From the IMG/VR virus record IMGVR_UViG_3300027851_001141: a DNA stretch of 64,000 nt; one strand, written 5' to 3'. The notes below the pieces were generated by a model. That model was not told the DNA's origin. It was given only the letters and a program-made list of their open reading frames with translations, and did not search any database. The position numbers and the translations under genes are program-made. Below are positions 19,654 through 31,381 of this stretch, one piece after another; position 1 is the first letter of the stretch; the number at the start of each line of letters is the position of its first letter. This DNA is from an uncultured virus (IMG/VR IMGVR_UViG_3300027851_001141). Lineage: Duplodnaviria; Heunggongvirae; Uroviricota; Caudoviricetes.

Positions 19654-20963
19654 CTCGAATACCTATTCTTTCCAATCAAAGAAGGACCTTCCCCCACCGC
19701 TTCAAGTCGAACGCCTCTTCCGGCTTGAGATTTGGAAGCATCCAAATCTCTAGTTCGGATAGGCTTGGCCTTGATTCCTTCGTCCGGCTTGTGACTGGAC
19801 GGGGACCACCCTAGGTCTCTTGCTTTCCTATACACATCGGCCAAAATGACCCCGTTTTTAGTGTCTTCTTCCTCGTTAGAGAATCCAAATCCCCTACTCT
19901 TAGACCTAGACTTGGTTGCGGACCAATCAATAATGGGGTCTGCGTCAGGAACCATTCTGAGAAGAATCTTGTTGGCTTGTTCTGCTGTAAGGGGAGGTAC
20001 CCTAATATGGTGAGAGAGTCTGCCGCTTCTCAACAGTGCAGGGTCCATCTCGGACCGAGGAGAGTTTGTTGTAGCCAACACTCGTATGTCTACAACATCA
20101 CCTACGATGCCCGACGTAAGATTTAGCATAGACGATACAGCAGACATGTTGTCTGCCATTCTTCTCGTGAGAATAGAGTCTGCATCCTCGCAAATCAAAA
20201 CTACAGGTCCTACATCATGATGGTTTTCTTTTAGATTGATGAGGACCGAAGACATGGACGGGTTACCAAGCTCCGAAACGAGAGAAGGAGGTATAAATAT
20301 GAAGATTCCATTCTTCACTTTCTTTATCATGGAACGGACAAGAAATGTCTTTCCGCACCCAGGAAGTCCCTCCAAGATGAATAATCTTCCGTCAGGAAAG
20401 TCTTCCTGCATAGAAGAAACCATAGACACAATCTGATCTTGGATAGAAATGTCGTAATTGTCCAGATCTAGGTCACTAGCTGCATACCCAAGAGAGCTGA
20501 CAGTAAGCCCCGATTGGCCCTGGGTCAGTATGTACACCCTACCCCTGTTGTCTCTTTCTACATTGGTGATGCAGGAGGGTATAGTGCTCCTAACCTGCTC
20601 TATCAGGTCATGATTGCTAGATACCAGGGATATACTAAACCTAGATCTGTCCCCTGAGGTGGATAAGAGAACAGCCCCTTCCTCCCACACGTAAATTTGT
20701 TCGTAGTCGTCATCCCATGCATAGCAACCCTCGTCGACCTGCTTCAACTTGATCTCTGCCTTTTCAAAACAGGCGAGGATGTCTTCTCGAACAGATTCTC
20801 TAGTTACCACACCGTTGGTGGCGTATCTGAGTGGGTGCTTGTGGGTGTTACTCTCGTCCCTGACCGCAATCTCGGCCAAATTTCGGTACACCCAATTGCA
20901 GATCCAGTCGGGATTAGTGATGTCAGGGTGCTTGGGGGAAGGTCCTTCAATCCAGGTATTCAT
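19644..20963 (-). CDS. AAA+ ATPase
   Basis: Walker A GLPGCGKT, Walker B LICEDAD, TTN..MDPALLRSGR. Confidence 0.88.
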   Translation of the reverse strand: MNTWIEGPSPKHPDITNPDWICNWVYRNLAEIAVRDESNTHKHPLRYATNGVVTRESVREDILACFEKAEIKLKQVDEGCYAWDDDYEQIYVWEEGAVLLSTSGDRSRFSISLVSSNHDLIEQVRSTIPSCITNVERDNRGRVYILTQGQSGLTVSSLGYAASDLDLDNYDISIQDQIVSMVSSMQEDFPDGRLFILEGLPGCGKTFLVRSMIKKVKNGIFIFIPPSLVSELGNPSMSSVLINLKENHHDVGPVVLICEDADSILTRRMADNMSAVSSMLNLTSGIVGDVVDIRVLATTNSPRSEMDPALLRSGRLSHHIRVPPLTAEQANKILLRMVPDADPIIDWSATKSRSKSRGFGFSNEEEDTKNGVILADVYRKARDLGWSPSSHKPDEGIKAKPIRTRDLDASKSQAGRGVRLEAVGEGPSLIGKNRYSRWE

Positions 20964-21356
20964 GCTAGGTTAGACTTTCTTAGGCTGTTTTGTTGTCTAC
21001 TCTTTTGAGTAAGAGGAAAGAATGCGCGCAGCTTCGTCTCGTTCTTTTGTCAGGGCCCTTACCAAAGATATCAACTCCTCTATGTGTTGAGGAGCTTTTG
21101 CATAGGACGTTGCCTCTACGTTGGAGCTAAATACTCCTAGAGTAGTGTGCAGATCCTCGCAAAGAAACACACAAGACTCTCCGTTGCTGTTGGCCCCACA
21201 AACTCTTTTTCCCTTAGAGGTTCTGCCCCAGAACCTTTCTATCTCTTCTATTTTGTCTTGAATTTTCTTTGTGCTCAACATGTAACATCCTGTTATAGTG
21301 TGATTACACCTTGTGAAATATAACTAGGATTTCATGCTGAAGTTATCTAGGGACAG

Positions 21357-21740
21357 ATGCGTTCGGATTTGGCTATAAGACTTCTTCAATCAGCTAACGT
21401 CATTGCTGACTATAAAATTGACATAGATTCTTTTGTAGAGGATACAAAAGATTCTCACCTTGGTTTGCTAGAAGCGAAAGAGAACGTAGAGGCCCTAGTT
21501 AGCCTGATGCAGAGATCCAAACAGCAGGGTCCTGTGGAAAGGCTAACTAAAGTTAAAGAGCGCATAGAAGAGGCTCTAGACGTGCTGCGCAGACTGGATG
21601 CCCTGTATCATTCAGGAAAAATAGGGTTCGGCAACAGAACCCCACAGGTGCGTCACACAAAGCAGACCCACTCTCTGCAAAAGAGCCAAGAGCGCCCCGA
21701 TAAGGATAGGCCCACCAGAGGCCTCTTCACCCAAAAATAG
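21357..21740 (+). CDS. Hypothetical protein
   Basis: Isolated plus-strand ORF filling a gap. Confidence 0.55.
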   Translation: MRSDLAIRLLQSANVIADYKIDIDSFVEDTKDSHLGLLEAKENVEALVSLMQRSKQQGPVERLTKVKERIEEALDVLRRLDALYHSGKIGFGNRTPQVRHTKQTHSLQKSQERPDKDRPTRGLFTQK

Positions 21741-22077
21741 GACCGCTGTTAGGGTCGTTGAACTCTGTTCCCGGAAGCTTTGTGCCACTCTTAGTACTTC
21801 CTATGTAGTGGCACATAGACACCCACATGGTCTCTTCTCTTTCGGAAAGGGGATCAGAATTCTTTAGCTTGTTTTCTACTTGTCGGTATTGTTTGAGAAG
21901 CTCTTTGCGGAAATCCTCTAGTGCGTCTTCTCTACTAATGCCTTCTCCTTCGATGCCTGTCTCCATCCAGAAGGCCACCCAATTACCTGTTCTTCCGTTC
22001 AACTCCACAGGAAGAGGTGAGTCCAGATAAAGTTCGGGGTCTTGAAGGCTGTCCAGATATTCACTTTCTTTGGGCAT
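21727..22077 (-). CDS. Hypothetical protein (weakly HicB-like fold)
   Basis: WVA....GIEGEG.SREDALE pattern. Confidence 0.4.
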   Translation of the reverse strand: MPKESEYLDSLQDPELYLDSPLPVELNGRTGNWVAFWMETGIEGEGISREDALEDFRKELLKQYRQVENKLKNSDPLSEREETMWVSMCHYIGSTKSGTKLPGTEFNDPNSGPIFG

Positions 22078-22259
22078 GTTGCTTCTTTCTAATTTGCTTG
22101 ACTATCTCTGCCTCTTCCTCGGGAGACAAATATAGTGGGTCTGTATCGAATTCTGGAAGATCCGGCGGAGTCCATGTCTCCGCATCCTTCTGCAGCTTAT
22201 CTATAGCTGAGAGAAGAGTTTTTTTCATATCTTCCTTGTCTTCACTCATTTACACTCCT

Positions 22260-22448
22260 ATGTACCCTAAGATACTAAACCTAGCAAACAAGTTGGAAGT
22301 CGTGGCACTGCTGTCTCTTGAGGCCAAAAAGAAAAAGAAGCGAAAGAAAAAGAAGCGGAAGGACATGGCTGGATCCATCCCTGACAGCCTAGACGTGACT
22401 TTTGGTGGAGACGGAGGATCAGGAGATGGCGGAGGCGGAGGCGAATGA
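22260..22448 (+). CDS. Small Lys-rich/Gly-rich protein
   Basis: ATG at 22260; KKKKKRKKKKRK tract and Gly-rich tail. Confidence 0.5.
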   Translation: MYPKILNLANKLEVVALLSLEAKKKKKRKKKKRKDMAGSIPDSLDVTFGGDGGSGDGGGGGE

Positions 22449-23128
22449 GTTCACACTTACTTCATGTTGGTGTAAGACAGGCCATACTAGGTCTCGTGTC
22501 CAGAGGAGCAATACCGGATCGTGACATAGTACGAAGTCTAAGTGTTTCTTTTGGGTCAGAAGAAGTGTTCTCTGTACTGTCTACGCTGGAGCAAGAAGGT
22601 GTTCTGCATAGAGACAGATATGGATTTCTCCGCAGGTCTGCTACAGTGTGACAGCACGTGCATATCGAGTTACCTTCAGAAGAAGGTTTGCTAGGATACG
22701 TTCCTCACACATTCTACAGACTGTTTGTTCCGCACCGACTAGTGGAGGAAGTAGAAACACTACGTGGGTCTGCGGGACAGTCATCCCGCATTCCTCACAT
22801 TTTGTGACTAGAGCGTTTCTATAGGGCAAGTGGAACCTTGGGTAGATGGGCTACTGCTCTGCCTAGTTTTACCGTCTTGACCTTGGTAAGGGAGGTGACG
22901 TCGACCAGAGCGGAGTTTTTCTTCCCTACCTTACACCCCCTGCAAGGCATGTAGGCCATCAGCTCTTTGCACACTCCGTCGTCTCTAATCTGGATTTCTT
23001 CCGCTCTAATCCACCTTTTTCCGCACGATTCCTTTTTTAGAACGCTGCTGAGAATCTCACAATGGAAAAAGTCAGTCTTCTTTGCACCTGGAATGGCAGA
23101 ACTGAACTTCTTCTCTATGCTCTTGGTG

Positions 23129-23671
23129 TTAGACTTTTGCGGCATCAATTTCCTTGTCTAGAATCTGTATCGATTGCTCGTTCCAGGCTTTGGCAAGCAA
23201 TGGAAGGGGGTCGTGTAGGCCTTTTGGTTGAGGGTCTCCCAAATTCCACCACACAGTGCGAGTGGTTCCCGCATCGTAATGCTCAAAATGTAGCATAAAT
23301 CGGGAGTGTCCGGGTATGTCAGGACGCTCCTTGCCCTGAGGAAGCACAGGAATAACTCTAGCTATATGTTGCCCCTCTTCTACATCCTGACCCTCTGATA
23401 CTAAGGATTCTACTTCTCCATACACTAGTACGCCTGACTTGCCTTCTACTAAAACAGCATAGGTAGTGAGCCACCAAGGTGACTCGGGTGGCCCTGTGAA
23501 CCTTTCTACAGACACTACTATACCAGGTTCTACAGCATATACTGGAGCACCTTCTACGGTGTAAAGGTCTACTCCTGTGTGTACATCGTGTTTTCTCTTA
23601 AAGCCAAAGGTACCTTCTTTGGAGATGAATGCAGGAAAATTGACGTCCTCACGGCGAAGCGGAAATGTCAC
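23129..23671 (-). CDS. M23 family peptidase
   Basis: HTGVDL, GAPVYAV..G.V, LHFE. Confidence 0.8.
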   Translation of the reverse strand: MTFPLRREDVNFPAFISKEGTFGFKRKHDVHTGVDLYTVEGAPVYAVEPGIVVSVERFTGPPESPWWLTTYAVLVEGKSGVLVYGEVESLVSEGQDVEEGQHIARVIPVLPQGKERPDIPGHSRFMLHFEHYDAGTTRTVWWNLGDPQPKGLHDPLPLLAKAWNEQSIQILDKEIDAAKV

Positions 23672-25323
23672 TTGATTTTTCCTTCAAAGTTTCACCTACG
23701 GATTGCACCACACTGCCCCAGTACTTCATCCTGTTAGACAAATTCTTACTGTCTAAACCCAAATCTTTGAGTTTGTTTATAGACTTTTGTAAGTGAGAAA
23801 CTTGCTTTCTGGCGTAATCTCTCCTGATAACTAGGACAGTTACAGGCGTGTCCAGAAGTACCTGCTGAGTGATGCCAGTCTCTTTGGAGGCTAGCGCATG
23901 TACGGGGACCACCCCTTGACCTGCTTCTTGCTGAAAATCTAGGATGTCTACGGCCAAGGTACGTAGTCTAGTTCCGTTTCGTTGCTTCCACTTTGCTCTT
24001 TGCTTGTGGTGACGTGTTTTTGTCACACCATGAACTTTTCTCTCTCCCCTATAGGTTCGACCCATGGTGACCTCCATTAGTCAACTATGTACAGGGTTCA
24101 GCCTACCAGGACGATAGGGCTCCATCTAAATACAGTCATTATGTGATGTGCTCTTGAGTTTCCTACTGTGCCTTCATACACCATTTCTTCGTTCTTCAGT
24201 TCTCTGCATATGAAGGTTGACCTGGCCCTGTTGATGTCAGCTTCGTTTGGCTTTTTTATCTTTTGCTCTTCCTCTCGAAATACGATGAGATGGTAAGACG
24301 CTTGCTTTTCTTCAGACCCACGAACCAGAACAGGAGCGATAGTAGCTAAAACTACCAGATTTTGTCCCCTAAGTCTGAATTTATTTGCGGGGTTTCCTTC
24401 TACCTCTACGGGGTCCTCTTGTACCCAAATGCGAGAGTCTAGCTCAGAAGGAAGAACTCCTTCCATAGCTTCTCCGACCCATTCCCCGTCTGCCTCAGTA
24501 ACAGGAAGTAAATTCATTTTTCGTTCTTTCTTCTCCAGAAGAAGGGTTGCTTGTCTTCGTACATGTCATTGTACCCAGTGGGATCGGACCTACTGTAGGT
24601 TCTGGTTTCGTCACTAGGTCGTCCGGGGCCTCCGTCAGGCGAAGATATCCAAGGATGACCTTCATACTCAACATGTATCCAGTCGCTATTCCCCATAGAT
24701 GACGTGCTTATTACTTTGCAAGGACCTACGAAGATGTTGAATAGAAAGTCACCTTCTTTGACCTGAGAAGAATGCAAGATGGCATCGTGAACCACTGCGT
24801 CAAATACGCAAGAGTCTTCCTTCATGTTCTCACCCTATACCGTGCTACCCCATCTTCGTGAGATAGGTCGTTCACCCCGTGCAGAACCAAGTCCTTTTTC
24901 AGTTGGCTAGCCACCTGAGAAGCTTCTTTTTCGTCTATTTTTAGGGCGGAAGCTAGCCAGGCCCTAGTAAATTCTGTGACCTTTGAAGTTTTTATGTAGT
25001 CTGCTGCTGCTTCGGAGAGTGACATAAGCCTTGACTTACGTCTATCCTTTAGGGATTTTTTCTTTTTCATGAAATTCACTCTTCCTCGTCTATGACGCAC
25101 ACACAAACAGCATCCTCGGGTGCGTACAGCCCAGCTCGTATTTCTACGAGAAACCCACCAACGTCTCTGCAGTAGTCTTCACAACCTTCCCTTTCATTCT
25201 CTCCTCTCGACTTATCTTCGGAGGTAGAAGAAAAGGCCAGAAGCACGCAAAAGAAAACTGCAAATAACGAAGACCATCCTACCAGAGGAACCAAAAAAAT
25301 CTTGAAGAACTTTTTCATACTGG

Positions 25324-25881
25324 TCATGCCTTAAGACGTTCGCAATACTCTTCGTAAAGAGCGGAAAATTCCGACAAATCAGGGCTAGTCATTATGTCTT
25401 CGTACAAGTCGGCAACAGATAGAAAGCTTACTATTTTCCCTTGAGAAACTATCTGGTGCCCGTAATCGAGAACTCTAAGCGCATGGAACACCCTTTTCGG
25501 GTTCTCTGTCGCCATACCTTTTTTGAAATCGGATTGGGCCCGTTCTAGAGCACTGACTGCTACTGCTGTTTTGTTTATAGGGGGAGTAGTTATCCTTCTC
25601 ACCAGAGAAAATTCAGGAGGAGAAAATAATCCTTCTATAAAAAATACGCTTCCTGCTCTGACTCCCTCTATAAATGTAGTGGTGTTCTTTACTACGATGT
25701 CTACCTCTTCCTTAAGAATTAGAGCGTCACTGGCACTGTCAGAAACAAGCAGGTAATCTACGTCCGATTCCGGTCCTGCTACCCCATACACCACGCTGCC
25801 CATGACACATAGCAGAACCACATCTTTAGACTTTGCTTTAGCAATGGCTACAAGCTCATCCTGTTCTTTGATAATAGGCAT
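25324..25881 (-). CDS. Pol-beta superfamily nucleotidyltransferase
   Basis: GSVVYG....SDVD motif; FHALRVL. Confidence 0.78.
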   Translation of the reverse strand: MPIIKEQDELVAIAKAKSKDVVLLCVMGSVVYGVAGPESDVDYLLVSDSASDALILKEEVDIVVKNTTTFIEGVRAGSVFFIEGLFSPPEFSLVRRITTPPINKTAVAVSALERAQSDFKKGMATENPKRVFHALRVLDYGHQIVSQGKIVSFLSVADLYEDIMTSPDLSEFSALYEEYCERLKA

Positions 25882-26308
25882 AGGTCATATGCTCCACGCT
25901 TTGAAAGAAACTTTCTGAGTTAGAACTCCATGGTTTTACTAGCAGTGTAGAGCTGGGATAAGTTTGGTGAGCGGCGTGGACAAGTTGAGTTCCTACTCCT
26001 TGTCTTCTGTATTTCCTGTCCACGTAGATGCCTATGGGTACTTCTGCTGCATCCTCCAAATCAGCGATCAGAACCCCCAGAATCCCGTTCCTGCTCCCTC
26101 GTGCAATGAAAGCTCTCCATCGCTGAGGCTCTCTCTTGCATTCTCTTTGAAAGGTCTCGAAATGTCCCGCTTTAAGTTTGAGACGCTTTACCCTAGGTCC
26201 TGTACGTGGGTCAAGTAGCGCATCCTCTAGCCACACATTTTCTATGTACATCAGGTGGTTCCTTTTCCTTCGCACTTGTAGCACTGCTCTTCCCTGTAGT
26301 TTCCGCAC
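25856..26308 (-). CDS. GNAT acetyltransferase
   Basis: IYVDRKYRRQGVGTQLV acetyl-CoA motif. Confidence 0.8.
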   Translation of the reverse strand: MRKLQGRAVLQVRRKRNHLMYIENVWLEDALLDPRTGPRVKRLKLKAGHFETFQRECKREPQRWRAFIARGSRNGILGVLIADLEDAAEVPIGIYVDRKYRRQGVGTQLVHAAHQTYPSSTLLVKPWSSNSESFFQSVEHMTYAYYQRTG

Positions 26309-27227
26309 GTCTTTCCCTTAGCACAGTCACAGTAAAAGAGCATTCCATGACCTTCACACTCCTTACACAGGACTGGTTTTTTCACCTCGTATTCTTCGTC
26401 CTCGTCTTCTTCATCGGGAAGGTAGTATCCAAGCATAACAAGCCCACTGTCTGTATTGGCACTTCAATATTAGATTGTCTAAGTGCACGTAAGTGCTCAA
26501 GAATACCTAATAGGTCTGGTCAGTTCCAGAACCCCGTTCACGTACACTTGTCCTACTGTGATTACGCAAAATCCGATGACTGAATGGCACACTTCAACTA
26601 CAACGTCGTTGTCCTTGAATACTTCGGAAATCAACGAAGAGGCTAAGCAAATTGTTCCGGAAGCAAGTGCTGCGGGAAGAAGTGCGAGTAGGATGACTAT
26701 CCAGGTAAGGGTTTTCATAGCTTTTCCTTAGTTGAAGATTTTATGGTACCAAATGTAGAGTGCGTAACACAAAGCACTCGCTCTATTAACCGGGTACTCA
26801 GAAAAATACTTGTTTTTGGCCATAGAAGACCCAAAAGCCTCAGGATCCGACCTTCGCAGGGCCAGCTTGCACTCTTCCGGAAGGGTCTCCACAGGATGTG
26901 GTAATCCAGATGTTAGGAATTCTTGCACAAGAAGGTTACCAAAATCCGGTATTTGCTCTTCACGTATGTCCTGTTCCATCTTCTTTTGTCTCCAGTCCCT
27001 CTCTAAAAGTCTGCTCATAAAGTTGCTTTACTATAAGCTGTGCTTCATCAAATGGGTTCTCTCTCATCACTTCTAAGGCTGTCTTGTACCCAGCCCTTCT
27101 ACCAATGCGTCTCCATAAAGGACCCAACGATACCTCTCTCCGGCTACTCATCATGTGACCAATTAAAGACCCCACGAGGAAGAAAAAAGAGCAAAGGGAA
27201 AAGGCCATAAGCAGGGGCATACGTTCC

Positions 27228-28091
27228 TCAATTGAAGTGGATGATTTTAGGGGACCCACGATAGCGTAAGGTGCGTCGCCATACGTGAGGAATGACTTCT
27301 TCTACCAGAGGTTCATACACTACTGTTCTTACTACTGTAACTCTGTCTGTTCCCTGTTCTTCTATTCTTCGTGTGCCAGGATCTAAAGATCTGTTTCTCC
27401 TAAACTCCACTCCCATGTCTTCCCTGTTGTATTCATGCACAGTCACAGATACTCTGTATGGGCGCCTTTCCGCAAGAAAAGCTATAGTTAGTGTCTCTGT
27501 TCCGACCTTGGTCAGTATTCTAACAGGAAAGGGGAAAGGATTGAACACTCTAAGATCCTTACCGCTGTCAGCTACAGTGGCGTCAAATCCTGGGTCAACG
27601 TAACTCATGTACCTAGAATGACTCCAATATTCCGGAAAATCTAGCCCAGATTGTAGAGCGGAGGAAAATAAGGTACTGGCTACTTGACACACTCCACCTC
27701 CGTAGGACTCCTGCAGAGTTCCATCTAGTATGGACAGAGCTTTCTTCCACCCTCTAGTTCTCACGCGTGGACCAACTGTCTGGTTAAACGAGAAGTGGGA
27801 GTAGGAAGGAATGACCACGTTGTTCAGTAAAGAAGCTGCCTTTCTTATGTTGTACGCCCTATTTCTATACTTCCCCCATCTCCTAAAGGAAGTGGTCGTA
27901 GAGTGAAGTACCACTTCTTCAAAATCGGGGACATGGGCAGACACTTGAATGTCTCCTATGTCTACCCTTCCTTCCATTTCGTCAGGTACATCAGCTACAG
28001 GGCCGCAGGATATAAGGTACAGGAGTATGAGGCTACGAAGCATGGGTATACCAATTAGGTTTTCTATTAGGCCTCTTATTCCAACGGGCAA
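27228..28091 (-). CDS. VanW-like protein (probable lipoprotein) with G5-like C-terminus
   Basis: NRAYNI..AA..LN, FSFNQTVGPR, GGGVCQVASTL, HS..Y..PG.DATV, DL. Confidence 0.85.
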   Translation of the reverse strand: MPVGIRGLIENLIGIPMLRSLILLYLISCGPVADVPDEMEGRVDIGDIQVSAHVPDFEEVVLHSTTTSFRRWGKYRNRAYNIRKAASLLNNVVIPSYSHFSFNQTVGPRVRTRGWKKALSILDGTLQESYGGGVCQVASTLFSSALQSGLDFPEYWSHSRYMSYVDPGFDATVADSGKDLRVFNPFPFPVRILTKVGTETLTIAFLAERRPYRVSVTVHEYNREDMGVEFRRNRSLDPGTRRIEEQGTDRVTVVRTVVYEPLVEEVIPHVWRRTLRYRGSPKIIHFN

Positions 28092-28614
28092 AGGATGACT
28101 TCTCTTCTTGATAAAATCTTCTGTAGGACTCTACAGCAAGAGGCAAAACAAGACACTCTTTGTTGTCCGTCATACATCCTTGTGGATAGTATTTCTCTGG
28201 CATGCAAAGAGGAATGGAGATGTACGGTCTACCTTCTGCATCCGTGGAGTACAAGGGGAGCTTGGCCATGTCTAGGTCGTTTATGGACAACGAAGACAAG
28301 AATTCAGAAGCATAACGCACCACACTTTCCGACTTATGCTTCTTTCCGTATCTGTAGGTATATTCCTCACACAGGGAAACTCCGTGTTTAGTAAGCCAAA
28401 TGATGTTTCTAGCACATTTTCTCAACCACACGTTAGCCCTATGATTGACGTATGCTGCCTTGAACAACTTGTCCCTGGACACCTTGTCAGGAAATAGAAG
28501 AAGCAGCGCGGTGGAAACCATCTGCGCTGCTTCTGTACTCATTTTTACGACATGCTTGTCGCATTGCATTTGGGCTGCTGTGACAGGGTCACGATCTAGG
28601 TAAAACACATTCAT
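28033..28614 (-). CDS. Pyrimidine-dimer DNA glycosylase/endonuclease V-like protein
   Basis: MNVFYLDRDP..AA...CDKHVVKM..E.AQM, EYTYRYGKKH, YRRFY. Confidence 0.82.
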   Translation of the reverse strand: MNVFYLDRDPVTAAQMQCDKHVVKMSTEAAQMVSTALLLLFPDKVSRDKLFKAAYVNHRANVWLRKCARNIIWLTKHGVSLCEEYTYRYGKKHKSESVVRYASEFLSSLSINDLDMAKLPLYSTDAEGRPYISIPLCMPEKYYPQGCMTDNKECLVLPLAVESYRRFYQEEKSSFARWNKRPNRKPNWYTHAS

Positions 28615-28810
28615 AGAGCTTCCACACCACCGATTTCAAATCAGTGTCGGATAGTACATATCCAGAAAATTCTCCGTTTTCGTACTTTTGTAGACAACCA
28701 TCCCTTATCTCAAGAAACTCGTCGTCCCAGTCCCAGTTCACTCTAGTTATCCTGGATCCGCTGGTAAGTACGCTGCATGCGTACGCAAAAAAGAAGTACC
28801 CGTCAGACAT
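28589..28810 (-). CDS. DUF2829/Tad2-like small protein
   Basis: G.RITR.NW...D.L.S..W motif. Confidence 0.5.
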   Translation of the reverse strand: MSDGYFFFAYACSVLTSGSRITRVNWDWDDEFLEIRDGCLQKYENGEFSGYVLSDTDLKSVVWKLYECVLPRS

Positions 28811-30358
28811 GGAGACTAGTTCCCTTCTTTATTTCATCTACTATTGATATCACAAGAGGAGAACCCGGTCTAAACAAAATTAGACTTTCTCCCCTGAAAA
28901 CGTGGAAGTTTAGAATTATTGTTGTGTTGTCTCCGTCTGAGACAAGCGTGTAGTCTGTATCAGGTGACAACAAGGACCCCTTGAAGTATAGGGACCAGTC
29001 AAGTGGAATGTAGCAAGATACGTAGGTACTCATGCGGTGTCATTGAGTAAGGTTAGAGGAGTCACAACCATATCCGCTTCTTCTAGGACACGACACAACT
29101 CTTCTGCCATGTAGAAGACATCACGGGGCAACTCTACGTCAGGATTCTCTACAGAAACCCACATACCGCTTTTCCTGACGTATTCTTTGCTAGTCGTTAT
29201 TCTGCGGAAGAAGGGCCACGGCCAGGAAAAAGAAATACTAGACGTCTCTACGCAGCAGACCCATCTTTCTAGGCCTTCTTTTTCTTTCCACATCCTCACT
29301 ATAAGAGGTTCACTCACAGTCTACCAGCCTCTCTAGCTCATCCACGGAAAAGACGAAGTTGTCGAGGACGATTGTGGGGGACACAATCACTTTCTCGTCA
29401 AAAGAGACACGTCTCAAACACCTTTTCCAGTGAATTGAGTAACCGTCGTGGCATAAGGTGTAAAATGGTTCTACCTCAGCGGATTCTGTGATGACTCCGC
29501 ATTTTCCTTCTAGGGCATCTTTGGCCTTGTTGGACCAATCTTCTCCTAAGGAAGTAATACGCACCTTAGTGCCTACATTCAGATTGCTTTCACTCATACA
29601 ATCCTGAACAATTTTACAGAACGCGTTGAGGGTTGCTTCGGCTGAGCAGCACCAGTGGCACGTTTCCGTGAAAGACTAGCTTTTCTTTAGAACGAATATC
29701 CGAAGCCAGTATTGCCCCTGGATTGTTGGGGCACTGACCTGTTACCTCGTACACTTCAGGAAAAGTGTCTTCCATGAATACATCACCAGTTTGAAGTTCA
29801 GACACAGATATGTATTTCATAGTTTATCCTTTTTATCTCCATACTTGTCATTTAGCTGAGCCCTTAGGTGGTTTATTAACTTTTTATCGGTGTGTAGCTT
29901 GAACGGAGGGACCGTCTTGCCAGAGAATAAATTCTTCTTCACACTCACTTCTTTCATGTTGTCCTCCCCAGGTTGCTGGGTCACATATGTCAGGAAAATC
30001 TCCGCCTCTGTACGTAAATTCTTCGAAAGCCTCTACATAGAGGTGTGGCAGGCACATGGATCTCGGTCCAACAGAATAAGGTCCGTATATTTCTGCTCCG
30101 CAGTTCATACACTTTCCTAGGCGTACCGAGTCACTGTCTCCTACCTCTTGGTATGACAGTACTCCTCCTTTGAACTGGTCTTTTGTGGGGTCTACAATGG
30201 ATCCGTCTGGGGCCACGCACCACCAGTGCTCCATGAGACCATGGATCGTCGATACAAATCCAGGAACTCGTTTTAACTCTGGAAATTCCTTACACATTTC
30301 TTTAGTGGCACCGCCACATGCTCCAACTCGGTTCTTATGTGGATAAGAAGCTATCCAC

Positions 30359-31363
30359 TCATCGTACTCTTTCGACATATTCCTGTGCCTTGCTCAATGC
30401 CTTATCCATTTCCGTTCTAGAAAACCAGAAAACAACAGGCTCCTTGTTTTCTTTAATGATTAGCTTGATCGGAGCTGTTTCTCTTCCCCACTCAATGGAT
30501 ACTACTACGTCATCACTTATGAATAGAGTTTTGGTAACTCTTGAGTCGCTAAAGGATTCAGTGGGGTGCCATCCTTCATAGCACCACCCCAACCCGACCT
30601 CTTTGGATTTAGTAAAAGAACATACTGCTAGGAAAAGAGGGTCAGTTTCCCTATATTCTTCCCATTTTCTACTCCACTCCTCTTGGTTCCTTCTGCTTTC
30701 TGCCCGCCTTTTCTCTTCTTCTGGGTCCATCCACTCTTGAACCCACAGAAGACTCCCTCCATCCAGCTTGTATGTGTACGAGGCGACAGTTTTGTAAGAG
30801 ACGCCTTCTCCGTCATCGTCTCCTTCGTATTCTGATATTTCCTCAGTTTCGAAGAATGTCACCAAACTGCCGTCTACCTCAGGATAGCGCTGAGAGCAGT
30901 CTGCTCCGACCTCTTCTCCATTCTTCATAAGTTTGAGATGGGGCCATCCGTTACCCATGGGATCGGAGAAATCGTACGCTCTAAATTCATATGGACACGC
31001 CCAATAGCATCCTGCTACCAGAAGCAGCCTATTGGTTGGGTCATACTTATAGTCTGTCCAACAGAATCCGTGTCCTTTCGCCGCCTCTTCGGGCAAGAAC
31101 GACCTCTTCAGACCCGTATCCAGTTCTATTACCGTTTGACCTTGATAGTCCTCTCCGCACACCAGGTAATCATGGCCGTTAGTGTGGTTCTCTACAAACA
31201 AATGGGGAAAGCTGCTGTAATTTCTATCAACCTCTGCAATGAGGTTCCCGTCTATGCCTCTTACTGTTCCCTTGGTGTAGTTCCAACAGCCTGGCTTAGT
31301 AGGGACGCTCTCTACCTCTAGGGTGTATCTTTCGGAAGGACTTTTGATTTCTTTTTTGATCAT
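30359..31363 (-). CDS. Hypothetical beta-rich protein
   Basis: 334-aa ORF; GCYWACPY motif. Confidence 0.6.
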   Translation of the reverse strand: MIKKEIKSPSERYTLEVESVPTKPGCWNYTKGTVRGIDGNLIAEVDRNYSSFPHLFVENHTNGHDYLVCGEDYQGQTVIELDTGLKRSFLPEEAAKGHGFCWTDYKYDPTNRLLLVAGCYWACPYEFRAYDFSDPMGNGWPHLKLMKNGEEVGADCSQRYPEVDGSLVTFFETEEISEYEGDDDGEGVSYKTVASYTYKLDGGSLLWVQEWMDPEEEKRRAESRRNQEEWSRKWEEYRETDPLFLAVCSFTKSKEVGLGWCYEGWHPTESFSDSRVTKTLFISDDVVVSIEWGRETAPIKLIIKENKEPVVFWFSRTEMDKALSKAQEYVERVR

Positions 31364-31381
31364 GTGATCTTATCTCGGTGT

